From: Prorocentrum cordatum
Lineage: Eukaryota
Length of the DNA stretch: 64,000 nucleotides
Direction of reading: 5' to 3'
NCBI GenBank assembly: GCA_963575745.1
Contig: CAUYUJ010000268.1
Location: 1 to 64,000 of the forward strand
The notes under the pieces are model-generated. The model worked only from the letters and a program-made list of their open reading frames with translations. It did no database searches and was not told the origin of the DNA. Below, in pieces: positions 10,343-22,200 of the stretch; within the stretch, counting starts at the first letter, position 1; every line of letters begins with the position of its first letter. A program made the position numbers and the translations under genes.

Positions 10343-12427
10343 TCAAACAGCCCGCCGCCCGAGCCGAAAATCTGCCATCGGATCGGTGTTGGCCACACTT
10401 GATCCTGCAGCGCCACTGCCGCCAACGGATGGCGGAGGGTCGGGTGAAGCAGAGCGGCTCGCTCTGACTTTCTTGGCGGGCGGCGAGCACGGATCCACTG
10501 GCGCTGGACGCACCTGCTGCGGGCCGACCTTCGCGGGGGGGGACTTGACGGAGCGGCGCCTCTTGACGCGGTCTGGTGGCGAACCGGCCGTGGCTGGCGG
10601 CCTAGCTGGTGGCGAGCTCGCCGTTGGAGGCGCTGGAAGGCGCTCAGGAGTGGCACGATTCGCTGGCGCCTGCACGTCCGTGTCCAATGATGCTGCAGGC
10701 CTCTTTTTGAATGCGCCATCCTTGGCGCGAGCCTTGGCGCGCGCCTTGGCGCCCGCCGTGGCGCCCACCGCGGCGCGCTTACCAGCGCGCATCTTGGTGG
10801 GCGCCTTCTCCCCGCCCTCCTCGCCAGACTCCTTGGCGGGCTTCCTGCCAGCACTGGGCGCCGCCTTCGCATCAGCATCACTCTCGACTGCATCTGCCTC
10901 GTCCTCCTCGCCCTCCTCCTCCTCCTCCTCCTCATCGCCAGCGGCCTCTCCCTCCTCGCAGCTCTGGTTGCCGTCGTCGGCGGGCTCCGCGTCATCCTGC
11001 GCCTCCTCATCGCACATCTTCATTGGTGGCGCCTTGGCAGCTGGTCGTTTCGATGCAGATGGCTTCTTCATCGGCACCTCGAGCGTCTGCCTGTGCGCTT
11101 GGATGTAGTTGCGCTTGACAATATCGATGTCCTGCTTGCTCGTCGTCCCAGCTGCCAACTTTTTTCATCTCGCCGAGCAGCATCTCCTCGTGGCCTGTCA
11201 TGCCGTCTTGAACTTGGAAATTCACAACCATTTTCTTTTTGGTGCCATCCTTGAACATCTGCCAGATCCCCATCTCTGGGCTGCCCTTCCTGGACCACTT
11301 GCTGAGCTGCAGCTTGTCGTTCTTGCGCTCGATCTCCAACAAGATGCCGCTCCCCTTCCTCTGCTTGAGGTCGCCGTTGTCCGCCCAGCCACGCATGCAC
11401 TCGTAGGTGAGCCCAGGGATCGCGTGCTCCGTGCCGTCCTTGAACTTTGCGACGACCTCATGGTGGCCAGGAGCGTCTCCTGTATCCACGAGCGGCAGGC
11501 TGTACTCTGGAGCGGGGTTGGACTTGCTCGCGCCCAGGCGGTAGACGGCCTCAAGAGGCCGAAGCTACAGAGATGGAAGTGGCGTGCCAAGAGGGCAACT
11601 GCCTCGCAGCCCTTCTAGCGCGCCATTTCCATCCGAGTCGGGTTGCACCCGCTGTCCTTATTGACCAGGTCGATCTTGTATTCGTACGACTTCTCCTCAA
11701 CAGGCTACCACATGGGCGATATGACAAAGTCGGTTCAGTGAGGGTGGTTCCATGGCCCCAGGGATTGGATGAGTGGCCTGGCAGGAGGGGGCATCCTGGG
11801 CCCATAGGGCCCACCCTCATTGATCCTCTTTCCCCCCATCGCCCATTTAAGGTAATGCCTATTGATTGCTCGTTGGCTCCGCATTCTCGAGGTCCTTCCA
11901 CTGCTGGACGAACGGCATGACCCACGAGGCGCTCTCTGGACAATCATGTGTCCTACTTCGGGGAATCCCGCCTCGATCCTAACACATTTGCGCACGCGGG
12001 GCGCGCGCCCTGAACTGCGCGCGCGCCAGCACGTGCGCAAATGCGTTAGGATTGAAGCAAGCTTCGCCGAAGTCCTGCGATGCTTGTTCTTGATCACTCC
12101 CTGCTGCACGTGCCGCATCATCGAGCGAAACATTCTCGACACTCTCTCCGCCCAGCTGGTCTCCTGGTCCGCGAGGTTCCAGCCCGAGCCGTTAGCCTCC
12201 AGCACTTGCTGGAACAGCTCTGCCCCCGTCGATTGGGAGATGCTGGTCTGGGGGAACATGGCCTGGCGCGCCTCGAGGACCAGCTCCTGCCACTCGGTGA
12301 TCGCTGCTGTGTCGCACTCGGCCTCGAGGTCGTCAGCGTACGAGAACTCGTCGGCATCTGAGAAGTGCTTCGTCAGCACCTCAAGCAAACGAGTCGTGTC
12401 CTCGCATCGCAGGCGCTTGGCCGGCAT
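10343..12427 (-). pseudogene. Multi-exon gene of unknown function (gene B) with an acidic tract and basic KRPAA-type C-terminal region; 1-nt frameshift in an A-run at ~11160
   Basis: ATG 12427 MPAKRL..HVQQGVIKNKHR/THDCPESASWVMPFVQQWK/..EKSYEYKIDLVNK/AVYRLGASK..EMKK, then a frame change to LAAGTTSK..KRPAAK. GA-AG introns at 12074-11953 and 11656-11550 preserve the frame. 3' end uncertain. Confidence 0.55.
11953..12074 (-). mobile_element. Palindromic introner-like intron (122 bp, GA-AG)
   Basis: Begins GACTTCGG and ends CCGAAGTAG; internal arms ATCCTAACRCATTTGCGCACG; AGGAC direct repeat at both junctions. Confidence 0.7.
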
Positions 12428-15199
12428 GGCGCCCAGCACGGCGCTTCTGCACAGCCTGAAAAAAGGCTGCGGATGACGGCGATGATCTGAGCGTGACACG
12501 CACGGATCACCGTGGATGGTGATGGGGGCGATGCGCTTAGGGGTGAAGAGAGGAGAAGACATTGGACGAGGAGGGGCAGGATGTGGAAGGGGTGGCGAAG
12601 GATGGCGAGGGTGAGGTGGGGGAAGTGAGATGGGCAGGCGGGCGGTGGCGCGATGAAAGGTGATGCTGAGGGAGGACAGGGTGACGATGAGAACGACTGC
12701 GCCGAGCAAACCAGTAAACTGCGCGACACCTCCAACTGGTATCGACCAATCGAAGCTGAGGAGGACCTTATCGCTGCCCTCTCAAGAACACATGCCACCC
12801 CCACCCCCTACATGCACGGGACTACACCGTGGGCGCGAGCCGTTCACCCAGAGAGGAAACGATTGTATCGTGTGACGGGTGCGTTGGGGCTCCTCGCAGA
12901 TACGCACGTTTTTGGAGCTTGGTAGACGCACGCATTCGTAGACCACGCGCAGATGGATTTGGATGCGACTTGGACGCGCCCAGGTCGCGTCCAAGTTACA
13001 TGCAAACACGAGTGGTTCACGCGGAGTCTACTATGCATGTGCCCACGTGACCCCATCCTGACTGAGAGGTGATGCGACCCCCCATCCCCTGGCACCAAGT
13101 CGTGGTTGAAGTCCAGGTCACCCCTGATGTCCTCTGCGTTGGCCCACTTCCACTCCTTGTCAGCAGCGATCAGCGAATCAATCGTAGTCACCTCCCCTCG
13201 CCAGCATCTGTGCCAGTTCCGTGCATACGAGAAGGAGGCGGAGGAGGAGGAGGAGAAGGAGGAGTGGGATGAGAAGACGATGGGAAATCGTAGCGATGAG
13301 CAGTAGGTGAAGGGATAGAGTAGCAGACGGTCGAGCAACAAACAAACATTACACGCATTCAACTAGACTCCCTGAGGGAGCGCGCACATCATCCTCGCGT
13401 GAGCCACACTCGTCTGTATCACGCACCCTTGCCTTTCCCGCGTAAGATCGTTCGCACACCAAGATGTAGGGCGTCGGATGTAGACAGCGAAACAAATGGG
13501 TTGGGAGGGAGACCGTTGGGACGGTGATTGTTTGCTTGGAAGGGTTAGCCAATCGGATGCGAGGTGGCCAGAAAGGGGCTCATCCTCCTCCTCCTCCTCG
13601 TCCTCCTATTCCTCATCATCCTCTATCCACCCAGTAGCCTCCATCTAATTCTCCCGCGTCCCCCTTACCCCTGGCCCTGTCATTTGATTCTCTATATGTG
13701 TCAACGCGTCATCCCCAAGACCCTTAACATCCTGATATCCCAACTTTCGGTGCAGCAGTCATCGGTAGCACCGCCATCTTCATCATCGTCATCTAATTAC
13801 AGTCTGCATCGTCTTCATCTCCTGTGGCATGCCCTCCACCCTGCGGGGCCCTCCCCTGCTCTCCTGCGAAATGTTTTGCGTGTACAGCGTCCTGACCTTG
13901 CGGAACTCCAGCAACCATTCAGCTGCCTTCTGGACCGTCCTCTTCTTCGGCTCACCGCTGCTTGCACGGCCCTCCTCCGCCTTCTTCGCCTTCTCGGTGC
14001 TCATGGGCTGCTCCTGCAGCTCGCCGTGCTTGGGCGTCTCGGACACCGCGTCGCCGAGCATGGTCACCGCTGCACTTGCACCACCAGCACCGCGAGCGCC
14101 GCCACCTGCGCGACCGTCGCTGCCAGAGCCCGCCTCCATCCATGTCTCGTAGCTCACCCACGCCTGCGTCCAGGTGTCCTCCAAGGAGTGCTCCACGAAG
14201 AGGAACATGAGACAGTCCGTCATGTTGCACCACTTCGTCCAGATGCCGCCCATGACCACCGGCTTCGCCGCGTACGCGTAGGACATTTGTTGGCCCTGAG
14301 GTCCTCCGCCAAGCTTCCATGCCAGCCTCGCCAACGGCATGTAGACGCCTTTCATCTTCTGCGACTTTGTGTTGCCAACCGACTTCTCGAAGGACCGCCG
14401 CTTCTCCCACTTGTGGAACTCCCACTTCGCCCACTCCTGGCGGATCTCCTTCTTCGCAGGGTAGCCCTCCGCCTTCATGTACTTCTCCGACCATTGATTC
14501 TCGCTCTGCATCACGCGGTCCCACCGCCCAGCAATGGCATTGCCCTTCTTCTTCTCCGTGCTGAACTTGAAGCCGCCCGCCTGCAAGGACTCCCACATCA
14601 TGCGCTCCTCACGCTCGAACGCCGTCTCCTGGACCTCGGGCTGGGCGTCGAGCTTCTTCTCGCGGCTCTCGGGGCGCATCTCGCGCAGCTTCACAATCAG
14701 CGCGCCTTTGTAGAACTTCTCGAACGTGGCGTCTACATCCTGGATGTTCGCCGTCTCGTCGGACGCCGTGAGGGTCTGGTAGGCGCGCTTCAGCTTCTCC
14801 ACCAGCGAGTCCTTGGTGATGCCGACCATGTCCTCTCCCGTGAACAGCACATCACGAGCGTCTGCTTGTTGCCCGACTGGTGCTGCCTGTTGACGCTGCT
14901 CGGCTGGCGCTGGCTCTGGACGATGCTCGACTGGCGCTGGCTCTGGACGATGCTTGACTGGCGACGGCGCGCGCACAGGCGCGCGCGGCGGCGTGGGGAT
15001 GCGCCGAGCCGCCGACATCGGGCTGGCCCTGGGACTGGTGGCCGCATCCACGCTCTCGGATCCACCCCTCCTGGCCCACCTCCTGAGCTTCTTGCCATCC
15101 CTTGCCGTGCCGCCGTATGCCGATCGCTTGGCGTGCAGCTGCAGATCCTCTTGGACTGGTGCTGGCGTTCCTGGATGCTGGTCGTGCTGCTGGTGCTGG

Positions 15200-15230
<31 letters not shown>

Positions 15231-15465
15231 CCGCCGCTGGTTCGCTGTTGTAGGGCAGGGCGGCGTCGTCGTCAATCTTGGCAATGATGGATCCCAACGT
15301 GTCATGCCTGTCAGGCGGTGGCGACTCAGGCGGTGGCCAATCAGGCGAATCAGGCGTCGTCATCTGCTGCTGCTGCGGGCGCTAGGTGGCCGAACGAGGC
15401 TGCGACGTCGGCGACGCTGGCGCTGGAGGCATCTGCATCATCGGCTTCGGCGCCACCAGCGGCTC

Positions 15466-15566
15466 CTCGGAGGACCAATCGAGTGCAGCAGTCATGGGCT
15501 GCGTCGAGTGGCTGTCGCCCACTCGACGCAGCCCATGACTGCTGCACTCGTTTGGTCCCCTCACTC
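15466..15566 (-). mobile_element. Palindromic introner-like intron (101 bp, GA-AG)
   Basis: Perfect 32-bp inverted arms at 15480-15511 and 15519-15550; CGAGGAG direct repeat at both junctions; excision removes a TGA and restores the gene A frame. Confidence 0.8.
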
Positions 15567-15791
15567 CTCGTCCGAACTGATGATCTCGGCTGCCCCCGCC
15601 GAGCCCTCGCCGCTCGCGACAGCGTAGCCGGAGGGCATGCTCGCCGTCTCCGCCCACTCGTGTGCGTCGAAGGCCGCCTGCAACTCCGCCTCCGCCTGCA
15701 CCTCCGCCTGCGTCTGGGCCTGCGTCTGGGCCTGCGTCTGGGCCTGCGTCTGCGCCTGCGTCTGCGCCTGCGTCTGGGCCTGCGTCTGGGC

Positions 15792-15834
<43 letters not shown>

Positions 15835-16020
15835 GCCTCTGCGTGCGCCTGCAGCTCGTTCGTGTCGGTGTCTGCCGCAGCCGCGCCCGTCTCCACCTGG
15901 GCGGAGGGGGGCGCTTCGAGGCGAACCTAGCTGCTACGACAGCGAAGCCGACATCATCATCGTCACCGTCACCATCACCATTACATATCCATCGCCATCA
16001 CCATCACCACCATCATCGAA

Positions 16021-16360
16021 ACTGCGGAAACACCGTTAGGAAATTGGATGCGCTTTGGACGCGGGTTGGACGCGTCCAATTTGCGTCCAACCCGCATCCG
16101 TTTTGCGAGTGGACGATGTGTTGAGTGCGGGGGAACGCTAGCTCACAGCGAGGATTAAACAGCATGATGTAACGACTAATGGTGTTGTCTTCCTCCACAT
16201 CCTTGGTATCGTGCCGCCTTCTCATCCTCGCCGTGAGCCAGCGTTCCCCCTCGCTCTCAAAATTGCTTCCACTCGCAAATTGGGTGCGGGTTGGACGCAA
16301 ATTGGACGCGCCCAACCCGCATCCAAAGCGCATCCAACTTCCTAACGGTGCTTCCGCAGT
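16021..16360. mobile_element. MITE-like element with ~93-bp inverted repeats built from TTGGAYGC motifs
   Basis: 16021-16113 is the near-exact reverse complement of 16268-16360; lies inside a putative intron of gene A. Confidence 0.7.
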
Positions 16361-18099
16361 CGCCCCTTCGACGTGTTCTCCTCCTGCGCTTCCTTCCTTC
16401 TCCTCCTCCTCCTCCTCCTCCTCCTCCTCATCCTTGTCCTCCTGCTATTCCCTTCCATCGCATGTCGCCTCCTCGAGTTCCTTCCAATTCCCACCATCTG
16501 TTATTCGATCCTCATCATTGTCTCCCTCCTCATTCGTTCGCCATCGACCTGCGTCGCCTCCTCCTCGTCCGACGTGTGCGGCGTCTCCGGGACGCCCTGC
16601 AGCGCCCGCGCCTTGGAGGAGGAGGAGGAGGGTAAGAGGTTACGTGGCACCCCGCAGTTGCAGGTACGAGTGAGGGGGGCAGGGGTCGTCGGGAGTCTGC
16701 GATGTTCAGACGAAGCCAGCCGCAGGCGCCGATTTTTGCAAACTGGGCAACAAGCCCGCCGCAGGCGCAGTTTCTCGTCAAAGCAATGCGGGCGGGTCGC
16801 TGAGTGGGTCATGCGGTTGGTCGCAGGGTGGGTCGCGGGCGAAGGCGATTACCAGAACAACAGCAACAACAACAACAACAACAGCAGCAGCAGCAGCAAC
16901 ACCGACACCAACAAAACAACAGCAACAGCAACATAAACAGCAACAGCAGCAACACCAACGCACCGCAACAACGGAAACACAATCCGCACCGCGGAAGCCC
17001 GCATCAGCCACGCCCAGCGACAATGAATGACCGTTCGGCCCCCTCATTCTAATTTATTACTTAAGAGAAGGGCCCCGCGCACCATCGGCACCCGCACCAT
17101 GAATTCGCGGATGTCCGTGAAGCGCGGGGATGGCGCGGGCGCTTTGCCCATAAGGTCCGCCTCGAACCAGATGGAGCTTGCCCGAGGACGAGGATGAGGG
17201 GCAACGGATTCGATGAGTTCAGAAGCAACGACATGAATATCGTTGCCCCGTTGCTCCTGAACTCATCGAATCCGAGAAGGGAAACCAACCTATGGCAAGT
17301 GTGTATAGTTTCTATGGGGTGTCGATGTGTTTTCGAAGATCCTGGAACCATAAACTATGTTAATTCAGCTATGTTGTGTAAGGTTCTTATTTACAAAAAT
17401 CATCATGATCATAAAATAAGATCCTACATACCCGATCTTAAATTAAGATCATGAGGACCTCTGGGCGGTCCGCCGGTCAGCCGGTCAACTTGCACAACTA
17501 TTCCACCATCGCCCGGAGGGAGGGGCAAGGGGGGAGGAAAGGAGGCACAACACAAAGGCAGGGGGCAGAAAGAAGGGGGTGGGCCCAGCTCAGCGGGTCG
17601 AGGACGATCCACGCGCCAATTCTTCACGGCGCGTATGGGCCGCCGGCTTCCACTGAGGCTTACATAGCGCCCACGGATCTTGTTGTCCCTCCACATCGAT
17701 GGATCCTTGAATCGTAGCTGAAGACGTGGCGTTCCAGTCTCCTCCAGGTCTCGCATGCCTTGGTCCCGTGGGGGGGGGGGGGGGCAGCGGCGGACACGGG
17801 CGTCGGGGGGGAGAGCCAACAAGTCGCGGGGGTGGGGGAGCTGGGGGACGGGGGAAGGTGACATGTGGAGGGGTGTAAGGAGCTCAACCCGGGGGTTCCC
17901 GGCGGCGCGCGGGGGTGGCCCAGGGGTAACGCCAATCTGCCGAGCGGCAGGGACAAGTGCGGAGAGCATGCTGACTACCAGAGGCAGGCGGCCAATGGCC
18001 GGGGGAAGAGGCCCCAGCCCGAGGGGCTGCATCGGACGGCCAGCGAGGAGCGAAGGAGTTGTCTCAATTCCGGACGGTGTACGGCCCACCATGGAGAGA

Positions 18100-19230
18100 G
18101 ACGCCAGCGGCGTCGGATACCGTCCTGGGGCAGGGGTGCGAAGCAGCGTCGGAACGCGGGAGGGCGGAGCCGGTGGCAGCGCCCGAGTGAAAGCGTCGGC
18201 ATGGAGGGGTGGCGTCGGTGTCGTCAGGGGCTCAGCGGCGCCGTCGGAGCGGGACCGTCGGCCCATGTGTGGTATATAGTTACGGCGTCGTGGCCTTCGT
18301 CAAGGGCGGAGTCGGGGGCAGCGTCGGGAGGGCGGGGGACCAAGGGTGGTACGGCGCCGCGGTCGTCGCAGGGGGTGGAGCCGGGGGCGACATCGGAGTA
18401 GAAGTGTCGGCCAGGGGGGCGCCGTAGAGGACGTCGGGGACGGCGTCTGAGGCGTCATCGGAGTGGGGGGCGTCTCAGGTGTGTCGGCCTTTGTCGCGTG
18501 CGGAGGCAGAGGCAGCGTCAGATTGAAAGCGCCGGCGCCGGCATCGGAGTCGTCCAGGGCGGCGTCGGAGGCAGCGTTGGAGTCAGGGCGCCGGCCTGGG
18601 GCTGGAACGGCGTCGCGGCTTTCGTCGAGGGCGAAGCCAGAGGCAGCGTCGCAATGAAAGCGTCGGCCCGGGGAGGGGTCGGCTTGGATGTCGTCCGGGG
18701 CGGCGTCCGAGGCGTTGTCGGAGCGGGGGCGTCAGCTCTGGTGTGGTACGGCGTCGTGGCCTTCGCCGAGGGCGGAGTCGGAGGCAGCTTCGGAGTTGGG
18801 GCGTCGGGGGCGGAGCCAGGGGCAGCATCGGAGTGAGAGCGGCGGCCAGGGGAGGGATCGGCGTCAGAAGCGTCGTCGGGAGCGGCGTCGGAGGCAGCAC
18901 CGGGGTGAGGGCGTTGGCCCAGGGAGGGAAGAGCCTCGGAAGCGTCGTCGGGGGCGGCGTCAGAGACAGTGTCGGGGTGGGGGCGTCGGCCTGGGGGTGG
19001 CACGGCGTCGTGGCCTTCGGCCCCCCAGTTCGTCACGCTACGGGTTTTCCTCCTGTCAGGAAAGTTACGCCTCGAGTGGAAGCCTTCATCGAGGGCGGAA
19101 CCGAAGGCAGCGTCAGGGTAGGAGTGTCGGCCCAGGGAGGGAACGACGTCGGGCGGAGGCAGCGTCGGGGTGGGGGCGTTGGTCTGGTGGTGGTACGGCG
19201 TCGCGGTCGTCGTCGAGGGCGGCGCCAAAG
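18100..19230. repeat. Degenerate GC-rich minisatellite (GGCGTCGTGGCCTTCGTCGAGGGCGGAGTCGGAGGCAGCGTCGG-like units)
   Basis: Recurring GGCGTCG / GAGGGCGG / GCAGCGTCGG blocks. Confidence 0.7.
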
Positions 19231-22200
19231 GCTGGATCGCTCTTCGCGCTCGCTGATTTCTGAGCTGTAACTGATCGTATCGGGCTACCAGCTCCGCCTC
19301 ACGCATCTGCGAGGGTTCGCCGGCTTCGCGTGCCCTGACGCCCGGATTGTAGTTGATGTTATCGGGCTCTAGCTTCGTCCCACGCATTTGCCAGAACTCG
19401 CCGGACTCGCAATGGCTTATTCCTGACTTGTATCTGAAGGGGTCGGACGACGGATTCGGCGTCGGGAGCGGTAAACGTTGGGTGCGGCGTCGGATGCGGT
19501 GTCGGGTGAGGAGTCAGGCATGGCGTCGAATGGGCCGTCGTAAGGGTCGTGGGGAGAGAGGCCAGGGGAAGTGGATGAGACACGAGGCTGGGCGTGAGGA
19601 TGAGCGTCGGGCAAGGCATCGAGTTGGGCGTTGGGCTTGGCGTCTTTGTTACGTTTCTGGGCGCAGTCGCTGGTCCCGACACTGTAGCTGACGGCAGTTG
19701 GCTTCGACTTGGAAGCTGGTATCTCGCTGAGCAGCGGCGTGGTCCGCTGCCACCGCTCCCCATTCTCACAATCGCTGATCCCAGCGCAATAGCTGATCCC
19801 AACACTCGTGTTTCTGCTCCTGCTTTCCGCAAGGGGTGGCAGGATTTGCCAACCTGCGGCGTTGCAGGCAGCTGACGGCGAATCATCTGCATCGTGATCT
19901 CTTCTCACTCGGCGGCTCGGGATGCGAACTGCAAGCGCGCGAGCTATGAACATGCTGATGCGCTGTATTCGTGGGAAGAAAATGTTATAACCAGCGTAGA
20001 CCCAAGACATATGGTTTCTTGTACTGCTTGGGGTGCAGTCCATGTGGTGTAACGTATGCGATGCAGCCAACGTAAGGCAATATATGCGGTGCGGTCTATG
20101 TGGTTCTATGTATGGTATTCGCACTAATAGCAATCGTCTTGTACTTTCTCCTCCTCGCCCTCGTCCTGTAGGCCCCCCCCCGTTTCTCCGGCTCCTTTTC
20201 TGCACTCTTCCGTGCTCCTCTTCATCCTCTTCTTCTTTAGTTTTCCTTCTCTTTGCTGATGGCGACGTTGGCGATGACGAGGGCGATGATGATGATGAAG
20301 ACGGTGACATCGGTGAAGTCATCGGCGATGGCGACGATGGCAGCGATGGTGGAGAGTTGGGATTGTGTTGTCAGCGCAGGCGAAAGGTGATGTTCGTAGC
20401 GCTGCTCTGCAGCAAGTGCTTTCGCAGTCATCAAAAAAGTACGCACAGCACCGATAATCCAAGAAGAAACTGTACTCAAGAAAACTCGACCATACGCAAA
20501 ACACCTCTAACGTATTCATGACACCTCTTAGGTAATGAAGAGTACCTGAACGTATTCAGGACAACCCTGGCGCATTCAAGGCGCATCTCTTGTGATGAAG
20601 CGCTCACTCTAATAGTAATCGTATTCTTCTCTCTCCATCTTGTTTTATTCCTCTTACACGTTTCTTTCTCGTCCGCCCCCTTGCCGATGACGACGTTGAC
20701 GATGACGAAAGCAATGATGATGACGACGGCGACGTCGGTGAAGTAAGCTATGGTGGTGGCGATGATGGCGACCATTGTGAAGAGTTTGGATTGTTTTTGT
20801 CAGTGCAGGATAAGCGCGAAGTGCAGTGCAGTTTCAGTGCAATACGCCCAGCCTAGTTCAGCGAGAAGCCCATTTGCTGTCGAGTCGTGCGGGTGCTTTT
20901 TTCGGACTCAGCGAACATCGCGTCGAATCTGGAAAGAACACCCTCGGCGGCCCGCCTTCGATAAAATCCCGAAGGCCTGCTGGCAGCCCCACGGAAATCA
21001 GCTGGCGGAGAGACGGCGGGCGACATGATACGACGTAAGTTGCCAGCCAGCGCCATTCCGGCGAGAAGAACCGGGGAAAGCACCAGTGGAAGGTCAAACC
21101 CGGGTCGGCCGTGGCGCCTTGCAGAGCGTGAAGAGTGCTAGCCGGTTTGATTGTCACGGGCGGCTGCCTGCGCTGCACGCGGAGCTCGTACTTTACATGC
21201 GGTCGCTGCCGGGGGTAGGGTCGGCGACTTCCACCTTCAAGCTGCCGCGCGACAGCTGCGGTTCCACCGCGATGCATTCAGGCTGATAGAAAGCGCAGCG
21301 CGGGACGGCGCCGTCGGCGCCAGAGGCCGCGCGGTCGGCGCACGGAGCCGACAGCAAATAGTGTTTTTTGCGTCATCTTTTTGGACGGCAGCGGCAAGCG
21401 GAAATTTCCGGAGAATGCGCGTCGGCGGGGGGGAGAGTTTGCGCGCTCTGCAGCAGCGTTTGGGATCTCATCGTCAAAGCGCAAGTGGATGCCAACGGCT
21501 CGGCCTGTTCCGTGTGTAACAGCTTCCGGTAGCCCCACCGTGTTCGTCAAGCTCACGACAATGCCCAGGTGAAGCATGAAGCTCGACAGCCTGCCAGTCG
21601 CGTTCATGTTTGGGACGGCAGGTATTTGTTCCACGATGTATGTGTTGGCGAGGCGTGAGTTCTGCAGGCGGTTCAAGACGAAGTTCTGCGCCGGCACAAA
21701 ATACAAAGTGGCGGCTGCCTGCTGCGCGGCAAGTTTGCTGCGCAACACTTGCGCCGCGGCCACGGCGGCCCACGCGAAAACAGATTGGCTCTCTGCTGTT
21801 CTGTAGCAGGCAGGTCTGCAATGTCAGTTGTTTGCCAAGCGTTCGTGAGATTGCAGCCGCCTTGAATCCGCATATTCGCGGGCAGGGCGACGAGAGTCGG
21901 GTCGGTGAATCTCTTCATAGTAGTCAGCCGATATACGTAGCTTTTCTGCCAGAAGATGCCCACGCGCGCCTCATGGGCAGCGGGGGCGCCGTCGAGTTCC
22001 GCGAAGTCCGAAGAGACCTGCGGCGCAAGGGATCGGGGGGCGGCTGGAGTTCGTCGCCGCGCCCCGCTACTTTCGGCACGGCGCCAAAGGCGCCAGTTGG
22101 TTCGGCGCCTTCGGCCACGGCGAGTCCGCGCGGCGCTGCGCGACAGCGCGCGCAGCGCAGGACCAGGGCACGGCGCGGAGGCGCTGCGCCTTGCGACGTT

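Larger units (their letters stand above)
13096..16611 (-). pseudogene. Multi-exon gene of unknown function (gene A): Q/AQT-rich N-terminus plus a globular W/Y-rich domain; one in-frame TAG at 15382-15384
   Basis: Putative exons 16611-16549, 15896-15567, 15465-13864 and 13191-13096 join in frame (..EEEATQ/VETG..SSDE/EPLV..GNAIAGRWDR..KGVYMPLARL..QNISQ/VTTIDSLIAADKEWKWAN). Possible further exons at ~8320-8440 and ~7393-7455. Confidence 0.55.

Noticed and set aside
13564..15627. 687-aa plus-strand ORF
   Set aside because: Antisense shadow of gene A; L/R/H-rich with no motifs.
17424..19387. Pro/Ala/Thr-rich ORFs
   Set aside because: Derived from a degenerate GC-rich minisatellite; no recognisable domain.
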